Made by a program: the position numbers and the translations under genes. A stretch of 64,000 nucleotides of DNA from Podarcis tiliguerta. Its lineage: Eukaryota. The stretch lies in the NCBI GenBank assembly GCA_965153285.1, contig OZ229112.1. One strand, written 5' to 3'. Shown piece by piece: positions 25,535 to 39,500 of this stretch. Under the pieces are notes generated by a model that saw nothing but the letters and a program-made list of their open reading frames with translations, did no database searches and was not told the DNA's origin. Position 1 is the stretch's first letter. Each line of letters starts with the position of its first letter.

Positions 25535-27943
25535 TTATTCTGAGGTTGCTCTGTGTAGTCCCAATTGTATTACACCTGAGCTGAAATGTGAGAATTGTCT
25601 TATTCAGTCTGTTTCAAAATTGTTGGAGGGGAGGAGGGTGGATAATATCCAGCAGACTTTCCACCCTGCTATTTCACAAAAGGGTAGATAATTTTGCGTG
25701 CACATATGGCTCCAATCCAATGTGATATTTTTGAAGAGGTCAAGGGGGTTGGCTCCTCCTCCTCCTCCTTCTTCCTCTCTTTACCCATTGCTTGTTCCAG
25801 TCACCAGTATGTTCAAACAATCTAGGTCCTTTCAGCTGAGATTTTTAAGAAGGTAATTGGGGATTTTTGTTTTCATGCTTCTGCTAACTGTTTGGAAAAT
25901 ATTCATCAGAAACCCCCGCCCCTTCCTTTTTGACACCCACAAAAAGGGTAGATCAAAAAGGCAGCAGGCAAGCCACTGTGGGCCGGGCATTCCATAAACA
26001 GGGTGCCGACACTGAAAAAGTGCTTCCTCTGGTTGCTATTTAAGCTATATTACTTTGTAAAGTGCCATGCTTTGATTCTACTACGTAGTACCATATAAAA
26101 TTAATAAAATGATGATAAACCAAAACAAAAAAAAAGCCTACCATGGCTATTCTGTGAAGCAATTCCTGCCATAACTGGGGAAAAAATCCTAGTTTTACAA
26201 AGATGGACAAAGCTATCTCAGTCAGAGCAAACACTGCAGCTGCTGTTGAGCTAGTAGTAGCCACTGGTGGCAATGCTAGTAAATCTAGCCCTTTTTCTCT
26301 GACACTCTCTCCAGAGCTATGGGCAGCAACATAGGTGCAGGGCTGTGAATAAGAGCAGAAGAGCATTCTATAATCATGACCTTATGCTGGAAACTTTGGA
26401 GGACATGCACTTTTAGGAAAGGAAGTGCTAAAGAAACTGAGGAAGTTCATAAAAGGATGGAATCTGGTTCCTATGTGTAGAAGAGATGCTTGTTTCATCA
26501 GCAGCCTAAAATTTAAAAAATAAATAAATACTAGGAAGCATGTTCTGCAGTGCTGGACTTTATCTTCCAACATCAGGCAACCAACCTCGGCTAAGCATCA
26601 ACTGCCTCTGCGCCAGCATTTCCACACTTCTTTACTTGGCTGCATGTTTTCAAAAGAACAGGCCATGAATTACTAAGCAATGGTATGCTCAGATGCGGCT
26701 TGACATGGCCGGCTGGGGACCTTTATCCTCAAGAGCATAAGAGGCCTGCCCACCTAGGCCAGTACTGTACACTGTTCTCACAACTAACCAGAAGTCCATG
26801 GGAAGCTCAGAAGCAGGACTTGGGCACAGCTCTCCACTTGTAATTCCCAGCAACTGCTGTTCAGATGGATCTACGCACATGTAAACATTCACAGGTGGGA
26901 GACTCTGCCCCAGGTACCTAAGTGGGCACAGTGACTCTAGTTTGAAACAAATTCCAGAAAGGGAGAGAAATGTTGCAAGTCAGGATTTTGATGGTAGCAT
27001 TAGGTGACCCTGGAAACACCAGCCTCTAATTACGCTCAGGTTAGCTTAAGTCAAGAAACTTTTGCCTTTTAGGGGTTTTTTGTTTTGGATCTGTTTCTCT
27101 CTCTTTCTCACGGCAACTATTGTCTTTCCCCTTAATAGCTGGGCCCTCTTTGCTCTAACGCTGAGGTGGAGCATGGCCAGAACAGCTGAAAGCCTTGGAG
27201 TCTTTGTTCTCTTGGAAAGGGGAAAGGCTCTCTTCCCCCCTAGGCTTTATAGTGCTCTTAAATGAAGATATAATTATGATCCAGAGATAAGAGGTACATG
27301 TTGGAGGTACTGGAATGAAGAAAGAAAGGCAGCCCCACCTCCGCAGTCATCACGAAATGAGAGTGTTTGTCTATGGGATGGGATGGAGTTAAGTCAGGAA
27401 AAACACTTGCCTCACAAGTTGTATAACCCACTCCCTTGCATGAATCATTAAAGCAGTAATAAACATTTCCCCGGTTTTGTTTGTTCCTCCGTCCTCCGGT
27501 TTCTCTCTAGCAAGGAACTGGGGAAGGGGTCACCAATCTTGGGGACCTGCGGGCAGTGCTTTTTTCTTCTTCTCCTAGAAAAATAGATGCTGGTACTGAA
27601 GTTGTTATAGTAAGTGCAACAGTTTATAACAAAGCAGAGAAACTGTTGTGGACACCCACCCACCTACCACAATCTGTTTTATTGGCTATGCTTCTCTCAA
27701 ACTTAATTTCAGCTGGGGAAGTGGATCCTATGGGCATCAGGGAAGGCTTTGGCTGAGCCATGTGCACCTGTGGGCACCATGATGGCAACTTATGAAACAG
27801 AGCAAGACATGCTGGTCCAAGACCTTACCAAACGTTGCAGCTCTGCAGTGTGAGTTGGTGTCAGCAAGTTGCAGTCTTTCGGGGTATGGACAAGCACATT
27901 GACCAAATATGAGGCAGCTTCCTGAGACTGCAAACCCGTACAC

Positions 27944-28080
27944 CAGGAGTGGGGAACCTTTGACCCTCCAGATGTTGCTGGCCCATAACTACCAGCATCC
28001 CCAGCAAGTGTAGCTGACGGCCAGGGATGCTGGGAGATGCAAGTCAGCAAAATCTGGAGGGGCAGGGCTCCTGCTTCCTT
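27944..28080. mobile_element. Short palindromic hAT-like MITE (representative of a family with copies near 16890, 21525, 29150, 30270, 32700 and 49290)
   Basis: Shared CCCTCCAGATGTT..CTACAACTCCCA..TGGGAGTTGTAG..ATCTGGAGGG fold-back structure recurs across the window; superfamily assignment tentative. Confidence 0.65.
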
Positions 28081-29666
28081 AAGATCTGTATGGAAGAGTT
28101 CATTGCAGCAAATGTAGTTTGTCATGCTTGTCCCTCCACCCCCAACTTTCAAAGGCACAGGAGCCTTGCTCACTTTTGCATCCAACCACTCTAGTGTGTT
28201 CATATGTTGCGACACCACCAATCCTTGTGACACTTCACAGAACAAAAGGTGGTCGCTGCCCTGGGAGATTACTTCTGACAGTTTGCATCCTTAACATTTT
28301 TTGTTCATTTCTTAACAGTGAAAGTCATATTGAGAAAACAGGTGCTTAAGATCTAATCACAGGCAATAGTTTGGCCAATGCAGGGCAAAACAGAGCTTTC
28401 CTGTTGCACAGGTCCTTATTTGTTAACTTCCCCATATATAAAACATTGACTGAATAATGAGACGTAATGCTCAACAGCAAGAGAGAACACGGGAAGGAAC
28501 GAGAGTTATGTGCAGCCCCAGTTTGTCATTTGTTAGGAACTACCTATGTTGGGCTGACAGCACCTATTGTTCTGATACAATTGAAGGGTGTCCAAGTTCT
28601 TTGCATCATTAGATTATCACCATGGTGCTAAAGCTTCAGTTCCTGCACAATCTATGAGTTTCAAGGCATCGTGAAGCTTTTATCTGTCTCTCTCATCTAA
28701 TCTCTGTGAATGAAGGAGCAAAGCATTTTTTTTAACCTGAATGTAAGCTTGGCCACACCTGTATATGCAAAATGACCCTGACTTATAATCACAAGAGGGA
28801 ATGGCATGTTAAGTTCCTGTTTTCCTGTATAATAGTCAATGTCATGTAAGTAATGAAAACAACTTGTTCAGATAGAAAAGATACTGAGAAATTATGGTAA
28901 TGTGAAATGTAAAACCAGATAGTTCAAATAAAAGGGTGCTTTGGATAGTAACAGCAAGACTGTTGTTCTTTATCTGTGCAGTTGCTACTAAGATTTATAC
29001 TCTGTCCTTCGCATACATCATCAGGGTGAATATATTCTTTCCTGACTGTATGAGATTGTCATTATTTTCTGAAATGCCTGCTCAGTTTATGGTTCCTAGA
29101 GGGAGTATTAAAAGGCTACAGATTAATTCATGTGCACTACAACTTTCATCACTCCCAGCCTCTTGTAGGCAATAGCCAAGGATGTTGGGAATTGTAGTTG
29201 GAATACGTGGAGGACTCCATGTTAGCCAACCCTGGTATACCAAACATTTATAATCTGGTCCTTTCCCTCGCCCCCACACACATATACAGGCTCCCACAAA
29301 AGGCTAAAAATATGTTAGCCTTCATATCACCACACGTCTGAGGACAGCTCCCACACAATGTATCTAATTTGGCAGTTCCACTGACCCACGCCAACACCAA
29401 ATGCTCCAAAAGTGACAAGTCTGTCAGAAAACAGTGCTTTTTAAAAGGCCTTGTCATGCATGTTCTGAGACCTCTGGAGTATAACGTGACAACTCATTAC
29501 ATCATGGATTGCTGTGCCATTCTCAGTCATAACGTTTTCTGTACATCTGTGGTGAGATATACTGTATCCTCAAAGTATTTTAACACCTTAAAAGACCTGT
29601 GATCTCCCTAGTATATATCACAATTCTGTGATAAGTGGGACTGTTTCAGTACTAGATTACACTGCC

Positions 29667-29751
29667 TGCAATCCTATACATACTGAGCTGGGAGACTAAG
29701 CTCCACTGAAAACAGTAAGATATACCTCTGAGTAGACATGTATAGGATTGC
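29667..29751. repeat. Short fold-back repeat (MITE-like)
   Basis: Perfect 15-bp inverted termini TGCAATCCTATACAT and ATGTATAGGATTGCA. Confidence 0.6.
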
Positions 29752-31621
29752 ACTATAAATTACTTACATACTCTGTGCAGCAAAAATATCAGCATAGGTT
29801 ACAGGCAAAAAAGTGTGAATCAATCCTGAACAAAACTATTTGCTTGCCAATAAACCTTACTGAAATAATAGGGAAACACTGCTAACTAATTCTGTTGAGG
29901 ACTCTAGTGTCAGAAATTAAAGGGATGTTTTTTAACCCCCTGCAACAGTAAACAAAACAGCCACAACAATCCTGATGTTCATCCATAAATAAGTGGAAAT
30001 TATGTATCTTTGGACTGAAGAATCTAGGAACTTCACATATGCACAGTCATAACTAGTTAACAGCAGTATGAAGTAACCAAGTAGGGTAGCTTTCTTTTAA
30101 GAGCTGCCTTTGAAGATGTCCTAAGGTCCAGTTTAAAGATGAAGACCCATAAGAAGGGAGAGCAGCAGAGGCCTTAAAGTTGCCCATGAAGAGTTGGCAC
30201 TTGGGCAGGAGCCTGATAGAGTCGCAGACACACAGTGACAAAATATATATTTAGAACTACTACCGAAGTCATGGATAGCAAATGTGGTACCTTTCAGATG
30301 TTGGCCTACAACTCCCATCAGCCAAAGCCAGCATGGCCAGTGGTCAGAATTTATGAGAGTTGTAGTCTAACCATATTTGTTACCCTTACCTTAAATTGCA
30401 GAGGCCTGCCTTAAATAATCTCCCAGACACAAGCAGTGCAGCCATCTGAAAAGCAATGGCTTTTAGCAATCAGCTGTGAGTCATGGTAGACCTGTGCAGA
30501 GAGCCTGAGTGCCAGGGGAAGTCAACATACAACAGGAAGCAAGTTTGGCCTTTCAGCTCTGCACCTAGGTGCAACACATAGACCCCCTGAACACATTAAA
30601 GCTGCATGCCTTTACCTTAAAAATCTTGAGTATTTCAGATTCTTTGGAGGTGACTTACTATATACATTAGGAATGGGCCAGACAGAGTGGTCAGTGGGGA
30701 GCTGCCCCCATCCCAAATACGCAGCTTACACAAAGAAACACAGTTTCTATAGAAGACACCATTCTGTGGATGTTAAGAACATAAAAAGAGCAAATGACCT
30801 ATCTAGTCCAGCATCCAATTTTCACAGAGGCCAACCACACATACATAATTTTATTTGTAAGCCACCTTTCCAAAGTTCAAACCGTGCTCAATGTGGCTTA
30901 CTGCATGGGAAAAATCATAGTTATAAACAATAGAATGTTGAAAATATGTGAACAAACTGAGCGACTGCCATACAAATCACAAGATCTAAAATAAAGATGC
31001 AGAAAACCAACAGCAATGATAGCAACCTCCCTGCCGCAACAACAACAACAAAACCCTAACGACATCCCAGCCCTAGAGTCTGTTCAGCAGCCTCAGCTTT
31101 TGTAGCTGGAGTCAGTCAGGGTCCTGCCCTCCCAGGCCTGTGGAAAACTAGAAAGCACAATCCTAGCACAATAGGCTCAGAGCAGGGCCAGAAGGTGCAA
31201 TAATGCCTCCACCGCCCCACCATCATACTGCTTATCTGAGGCATTAAGGCCATCAGCATAAAGCTGAATAGCAGCATAACCAGGGAGTGACTAATTGACT
31301 ATTGCATATGTCTTACCCCACAAGTGTCCTGGAAAAACAGGGTCACCCCACTTTTCTCATCATGCTCACGCAATTTCACAGTGCAATCTTTCCTCCCCCT
31401 CTTTCCCCCTCCCTCCCCCAAAAGCACAGGTACTTTGTCCTGAATCCCTGACCTACCTAGTGTCGTCAGTATGTCAAGTCCCCAGTTGAGGATCAATCCA
31501 CGTGTCCAAAGTCCAAACTGAAGGACAGTGCTGCAGAGATCCTGGAGCACCCAAGGTGAGGTCCATCAACATGGGCAGCTGAGCAGACACAGCACCTCAG
31601 CTCTGCTGCCCTTTTATAATG

Positions 31622-31770
31622 TGAACAATCACATGCAACACGCAGCTAATAATGTTCTAACAAAATATTTGTAACATGTATTATTTCACAATACTTAGAA
31701 TTGTGAAATAATACATGTTACAAATATTTTGTTAGAACATTGTTAGCCGTGTGTTGCCTGTGATTGGTCA
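31622..31770. repeat. Long inverted repeat: 71-bp arms with a perfect inner 42-bp stem and 7-nt loop
   Basis: 31651-31692 is the exact reverse complement of 31700-31741; the outer 29 bp pair with 5 mismatches; loop ACTTAGA. Confidence 0.95.
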
Positions 31771-33639
31771 GTTGTCTGTTTTGCAACACAGCGGATTTCC
31801 TTTGTTGTAGCCCATTTATACTGTAGCATCTGGGCTTGACGAGGCATGTGACCCTCATCTGTTCTGAGCCTACTGCAGCTGAGGAATCACACACCTCCTC
31901 CCAGAGCTAATGAGCCCCACCTGGCCAGCTAGTGAGCTGGACTGTGGGCCCTTGCCTGCCTCAGCCTCCCAGACTAGCCATCCCACTGACCCCTACATCT
32001 CAGAGCCCACCATGTTTGTGGAGATGGGCTCCTCTGGCTCTGGAGATGGGTCCTGCTGCTCTGTTTCCTGTGCGCTGACCCCCATCCCTTGCGATCCTCT
32101 ATCATCCCATGAGTACATCCTACACCAACCTCTCCTTCCCCATCCCCAGCTTGCCCTGGTGTGTCCCAGTTCTGGCTAGACCACTCACTGGGATCCTCTT
32201 CCTCCTCCCTCATGTCCAACCAGTTCACAACATGCTTTTTCCAGGGCCATGATCTTGCACGGTGCTCCAAAACTTGAGCCCGAAAAAGTGCTTTTGGGGG
32301 AGGGAAAATTGTGCCATGAAATCATGTGAGATCACAGCATCCAAAATGGCTGCCATTCTCTCATGAGAAAAAAACAGGACAATGGCACTATGGAAGATGG
32401 TGTCTGGATTTTGCTGTTGAGGTGTTGGAGGGTATGATATGTGACCTGGGCCCAAGATCATCAAAGTTTGTGTACTACTATGACTGGCAATCATGTCACA
32501 GTTAGTCTGACACACCCTTATGTTTTAAAAACATCCCATAGTCTCAATTTCATTCCACTCTTTAAGAAAAGAATTAAAATACCAGTGTGTCTCAGGATAA
32601 GCAGGAAGAAAACAACATATGGGGGTGGGTGGGATGTAGAGGACTGGAGCTGGGAATGTAAGGAGCAGAGGCACCATGTGGCAGAACACAGCCCTCATCA
32701 ACCTGGTACACCCAGCCGATGTTTTGCACTACAACTCCCATCAGCCCCAGTCATGGCACAAGTTGTAGGCCAATACATATGTGGAGTGCAACAGTTCTGG
32801 GGGAAGGATGGCACTGTGCATGTCTCACTCCAACTCACAGGCAGGGAGAGTTTGTGCATCCCAGCAGGGATGTTTCCATTGCTGGCATCTACAGGGATTG
32901 CCACTCAATTAATTCCTTTCAAATAATTCAGCATATAGAATATGGCTCACAGGAGGCAGATCAAGTCTTTTAAGGCTGGAGTCAGGCTCCTGCCTCCCAC
33001 TGTAACAATGCTGTCCTTCCTTATTTCTGTCAAGCAGAAACACCATCAAGTTGGGCAACTGGCTTTCGGAAGAAGAAGCTGACCAGGCTGCTATGGCTGA
33101 ATTAGTGATCTTGGAAAACTAGGCCAGGCCATGAGGTAATCATTTGGCAGCAACATACTGGCATGAGCCTTTTCCTGACTGCTGACTTTTCATTTTATTG
33201 TATTAATTATCAATATATAGGAATACTCGCTTGCATATTTGAAGTCATAATTTAGTTCAGATAAAAGAGGCATTATATTTAAATAGATTCTGCCCAACTA
33301 AGCTGGTAAATCTGATACCAATTAAGAATAATTTGAAATAGGCCAGTAGAGTAACTCCAATTGTTCCTTAAAAGGCCAAGATTTGTTAATTCATTAATAT
33401 AGTTTTAAGTGTTTACATCTCCAGATTTTCTCTATTCCTACTGCTCTTAAAAAGTAAAAAAAAAACACCAGAAATTAAAATGTGCTTATTTTTATTTCTA
33501 ATGTATTTTAAATGGTGCAGCAGAATCTCTAATGTCTCCACATGTACTCTTATTCCAGGAATCACTAACACTTTCAACATCTTGATGAATGTTACCAGTT
33601 TCCAAAATGCTAATGTAATAGTGGAATGGACCGCTTTGG

Positions 33640-33787
33640 AATTTGGTGGACTCTCCTTCTTTTGAGGTTTTAAAACAGATGTTGGATGGCCATTTGTCAG
33701 AGCTCCTCTAGCTGTCGTTTTTGCATTGCAGGGGGTTGCACGAGGTAACCTGTTGGTTTCCTTCCAACTCTACAATTCTATGATTCC
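33640..33787 (+). mobile_element. CR1 LINE 3' terminal fragment
   Basis: GAGGTTTTAAAACAGATGTTGGATGGCCAT...CCCTTCCAACTCTACAATTCTATGATTC, homologous to the tail of the copy at 208-684. Confidence 0.8.
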
Positions 33788-36386
33788 TGAAAAAATCACA
33801 ATTTGCACTTTATCCACTCCACAGCACCAACAATTGGCAGTATCTGATTGACATCTTTTGTTTAATTCTCAGTGTGTGTGCCAAACTACATCTATTAAAT
33901 TGCTGGCTGTCATTTTGACTGGTGTTTTATTTTTATAAAAGTGACGGGAAGACCAATAATATGGATGTGTGTGTTGTGTGCGCACACAAATCCACTGCCC
34001 TGTCCTAAGCCCTGCTGGCTTGCTGAGGCTAGGGGAAGAGGTGGCTTTTCCTTACCTCCCCCTCATGCTGTCACCCCTTCCCATAATTAAATATGCCAAC
34101 TCAGGGGCTGGCATAGTTGAAGCTTCTTTTGGGGGAGTGCCAGGGAATGAGAGGGTTTGAAATCCTCAGCTGCCACTGGCATGCCCTCACCATTGGTGGG
34201 ACACTTCCATCAGCAGGATATTTGTGCCTGTGGAGCTTTCTGTGGGCAGATCCAGTAGGTTTGTCACTTCAGCAGTGTGGCTTCTTTTCCACTGCACTTA
34301 TACACCACTTCCTACGAATTCAGTTGATTCAGGCTGTGAGGCTGCACCCTAGTTGATGTTAACGATGGCCATATAATGAAATGGTGCACAAATGGAATAT
34401 TACTGTTTCAAATGAGTAATAGCATTTGACATATTTGATGACATGCGAGATTTCTAGGAAGATAATCACCGTCTAGAAAAGATTCCAAGGAAAGCTATGA
34501 GGAACAAATAAAAAATTTAGGAAGCCTGCCATGTGAAGAGTGGAGGGAGGAGAAGGAAAGGTTTAGAGAAAGGACAACACTCTGAAAATGTAAAGGAGAG
34601 GGAGAACAATGACGTCTGAGAATGGGGAACAAAGCAATAGATTTTTGAGAGATTGTAAAGAGAATTGCCTTGCTGGATCACCCTGAGGTCCATCCAGTTC
34701 ATCATCCTGTTTGCAGCTATGGTCAAGCCAAAGTCTCCAGAAGCTCACAAAAAGGCTATGAAGTGAAAGAATCATTGAGTTGGAGGTGAATGGCAGAAGT
34801 ATGGCGTGAACAGCAACAACCAGTACTATTATACCCTCTCCTCCTCTTCCTGTTCCTCCCACCCACTGTTGGACTGTTTATAGCTTCTTCCTCCTCCTCC
34901 TCCTAGTTCCTTTGTTAGTTCACTTCCCATGAGGCACCCCAAAGCAATTTACAACATAATAAAGACATGTATAATAAAATTGTTGCATATATATAAAACT
35001 ATTGAAACAATTGCACATACAAATTCATGTTTTTTTTTAAAAAAAACAACTATAGATTTGTTAAAATATCAACAATATGTAAATAACTAGGGCTTTTTTT
35101 CTGGGGATATTCAAAGGTACGTCGTACTGGCACCTGCCCCCCCCCCCCCCGTTAAAAGTGTGGCACTTACTGAGTTGAAAAAAGAAGAAGTGTGGCACTT
35201 ACTGTAACAGGCACTGTGTAAATAACTGACAAAAAATCACTAAAAGCCAACCAACCAACTGCCAAAGTTTTGCTTAAACAAGCAGAGGGTCTTGAAAACG
35301 AATGTTGCTCCTATTAGCTGTACTTTAGCCAAGGAAGATTGGAGCGTTATGTTTATTCTTTGTGTGACTATAGAAATGAAAACACATCCTTAGCAACCTC
35401 TCTTGGATAAGGAAGGGTTAATGAGGCTCAGTAAAACATTGACAACCAGGAGGGGCTCCCTCAAGTGAGATGATAAAAACAAGGCTGCACCTGGATGCCG
35501 GCAATTTGCAGACAGACACATTCTGGTCAGCCCTTTTTGCTCAGCCGCTTTGTTCTGCCAGCTGCCTTGGTGCTTTGGATGCAGGTGGAAGGGTGGACTT
35601 TGCTATCTATAAAAATGTTTAATAGTGAAGACCAACTTCCGCTTCACCTCTCAAGGGATCAAGGTTAGGCGTGTGTTGCTATGCCAGACAGCACAGCAAA
35701 GCAGCACAGGGCAGGTGGGCAGGAGCCACTGTGCCTAGCTCTAAGATGGAGGCCTCTCTGTGGCAGAAAGTACACAGCGTGAATTTTGCATCTTTGGGGG
35801 TGAAAGGAAGGCAAGGAGCAGAGAGGCAGCCAGCTTCCCTAGATGGGGCAACAGTGCACAGAGGGGCCAGGCATCCAATTGAAATAAATTAATTTCCACC
35901 CAGGAGGAGTGTGGTGCACCCGTCCTACCAGGGAGCTATTGTTTTTGCTCATGTATGCTAATGTGAAGAGATGGATCGCTCCACAGGCCCAGGGATGCCC
36001 AACATAGTGTGGCTGGCAGAGCAGCTCTCACAAAGAACCTGAGAATTTATGCCTTGCTCTTTGCTTGTTAATGTGGAAATAAAAGGGCCCACCTGCTACT
36101 TGAAGTCATGATCACTGGCAGAGTGCAAGCGGGGGAAGGCTCTGGGTAAAGCTTTATAAAAGGGCAATAGAGCTGCAGTCAGTTTCTGTGGTCCTTGTCT
36201 TTTGAATTAGGGGAATCACACCATGTTCTGTTGTGATGGAGAAGGGCTAAGGTTCAAAGAGCTGCTCTTGATATATATATTTTTTTAAGTACAGTATTGC
36301 ATGTTAAGTACATTTGCTTTTAGTCACCTTATAAGGAATGGCACGTGGTCAGGAATAGAAGCATGAGGAAATGATCTCTCCTCCCT

Positions 36387-36565
36387 AGTGTGGTGTTGGA
36401 TTAAGACCTGGGACACCACTTCAGTCATTGAGTGACCCTGGGCCAGTCATTGCCTCTCAGCCTAACCTACCTCACAAGGTTGTTGTGAGGTTTAAATGAG
36501 GAGGGAGAGACCATGCACACCACCTTGAATTCCTTGGAGAAAAAGGTGGGATTTAAATGCAATTA
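36387..36565 (+). mobile_element. Degraded tRNA-derived SINE (Squam3/MIR-like)
   Basis: GTGACCCTGGGCCAGTCA..CTCTCAGCCTAACCTACCTCACAAGGTTGTTGTGAGG core and GGTGGGATTTAAATG tail, related to the copy at 44723-44932. Confidence 0.65.
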
Positions 36566-39500
36566 AGCAAGCCATAAATGCACCCTTTTTATGAATGTCT
36601 TTTAGGGTCAAGCTAGGCATAGCCTTAATTGTACAGCAATTTTAAAATATTCCTCCTTGTCCGGTAATGATTTCTTGATTTTCTATATATATTTTTCAAA
36701 AAAAATCCTGTAACCTCTCCCCCCCCCACCGTAAGTATGTCATATGAGGCACTGATACTTCCCTCCCCAATTCCAAGTACACCTACTATTGTATTGCAGG
36801 GACTGTATTTTATTTCTCAAGATTTGTATACTTCTTGGTTGTAATAAAATATCATATCAGTTTACAAAAACAATAAAGCAATAAAATTATCAGTAAAAAA
36901 GAAAGTTATAAACAATAAATAATTCAAAAATAATTAAAATCAACTAAAATCAGCCGGTCTGGAGATATTGCACTGTGTCTTTCAACTTGGATTTGCAGGT
37001 GTGTCCCACAAAGGCGTCACATACATTGAATGGACAGCGTATGCAGTGAATGTACAGTATGCACAAACACTGAAAACACAGCCTGGCTAAGTCCTTCCCT
37101 GCACTGCAGGGGAATTACCATATTGAACTGGAAAAACACATTTCAAGAATCATTCCTGCTCCCTCCAAAAGCCTTTTTCAATTAGCCATACATTTTTGAA
37201 TAATCAAAACAAACATTTTTTGAGCGGCTGCCAGCAGATGGCATCTCCCTGTCCATTCTCCAAAGAGAAGCAAAAACTTTTCCGTGTAGGGCAGCCAACT
37301 CAGCACTTTGCAAAAAATGACAGGAAAGACAGATTGGGTTGGAACCATCATTAGGAAGCAGGGTAAACACAAAGTTTCTTAAATAAATACTCTTGCATGA
37401 TTTACCCACTACTGGAAGAAAACAGAATATTAAAGCACTGGGATTCCTTCTCAGGTTCCACAGAATTTTGCACGTATGCCTCATATGAGACTTTAGCTGT
37501 TTGATCTACTATGTTGGTTTCTTTTGGTGCATGTAATGGATTTTATAATTTTCATTGCATTGTTAGATTTCATATCTGAAACTGGAAGCTGCCACTAGAG
37601 CCGTATATTTTGGCTAGTTGGTTACAGGAAAAATAAATGATGCAACTGAGGGTCAATACAATTAATACAACTCCACCTGAGTAAAATCTCTAGCCCTACA
37701 TTAAGATAATGGGCTGAAGAGTGCACACATCTATGTTGCAGCAGGCCAGACACTGGTGGTCTTCCTCAGAGACCCTTCTCCATGTGTCCCACACAAGGTG
37801 AGATGTGTGGAGGGTGGTTGCATGAGTACAGGCCTTTTCACTGGTGGCCCCCATCTGTGGAATGCTCCTTCCAGTCTACGTGCTACATCATAATACTTCT
37901 ATGAGTACAGCTAGCGAAACTTCAAAATTACATCTGAATCTCAATGAGGCTTTAGTTTGATGTGAGTTTATTCTTCAATAAAGTGCTACGCATGTTTTCA
38001 AAGCTGGTTTAAGAAGTCAGTTGGTGTATTAGCACTAAAGAGTAGTATATACTTTTGGCAAGAAATTGCATTCTACTGGGCAAACGTCTGTTGATGAAAC
38101 AGATTGTAATACAACAGCTTGCACACACCTACATGAACAATTTTGGGTAACTTTCAAACTTGCGCATTTCAATAACTTGAATTGGTCTAACAAAAAATTG
38201 CTATTTTACCTGGTTGCTTACATGCATTTCTTCAAAAGAAGAAATATAATTATAGGCTGTATTTCTTTATGCAAAATAGAAGTCATATTATTGCAACAAG
38301 GAATGCAACTAAGAGTCTCTGGTGCAGAGAGCTAAGCCTTAAACACTTTCTGGGACTAAGCAAAGATCTGAAAAATATTTTTGTGTGTGATATATATAAG
38401 ATTGCTTCTGCCAGATTGTATTCTTTAGGGATTAGTTGGTTTCTTTCTTCATAGCCACAATGAATCTATGTGTAAATTTTACCCCATTTTTGATGGTTTT
38501 CCATTTTCCTATAAGTAAATATTTCTTCTTTTCAACTGCTACCTGCCAAATAACTTATAAGTTATCTCTTTCGAAGTGGAAAGAGGGAAAAGACAATTAA
38601 GATGCACATGACCTAACCTTCTTCCTTTAAGTATTTTTTAAAGTAGCAATTATGTCAGCAGGATATGTTATGTACAGAATATTTGTTTGGAATGTTCCTC
38701 TCGGTACCACTTCAGAGCCAAAACTAAATGCACCTCAAGCAGTATTAATATAGTTGATACTTAATTCACTGAAACATTTTAACAAGCAATTTTATGATTA
38801 GTGTGTGCGTTCCCACTCACGCACGCTGTAGTCTTAAAAGTGATGGCAATTAGATAAGAGTAATCAAAGCAGGAAATAGGTGTTCCTGGAGAGCAAAGCT
38901 CCCTTGAGCTGTCATACTTTCTCCCGCCCTCTGATTTTCACATTTGGATTCTGAATGGCTGTGAAGATGCTTGCTCTGTGACAGCACAACTCAATTTCGT
39001 GTCGGATCAGCATGGACAGCTGTGGCTTTCGACAATGGAAGCCATTGTTGGGTCCTGAAAGTTAATGTGATTATGCAAATGTTGCTCTAACTACCCGGGC
39101 TCTCTTATACTCTTCACAAATGAGCACATTGTCACATTTCATTATGTGCATCCAGTCCTGCTGGTTTGGTGGTATCATTATATCTCTCAGAAATGGACCA
39201 CATCAAGACTGCTCGCTGCTGGTATTAGGCAGAGAAAACCAACTCTGACCCACAAACAAGGATTTGTGTGTGTGTTGCGGGGGGCGGGGGTTGTAGCTTG
39301 ACTGAATCTCTATATTAGTTCTGACTGACTTTGGAGGGCCAAGAATAGTAGATAGGACTACAAGACACAATCTGGTCCAGGAATAGACTTTGAACCATTT
39401 CTGGCTCCCAAGAATGTACGTATATATGTGAACAGGTTTTCCTTCATTTGCACACCTCATCATTTGTACAATTCTGTTAACAGGAGCCGGATTCCTGAAT

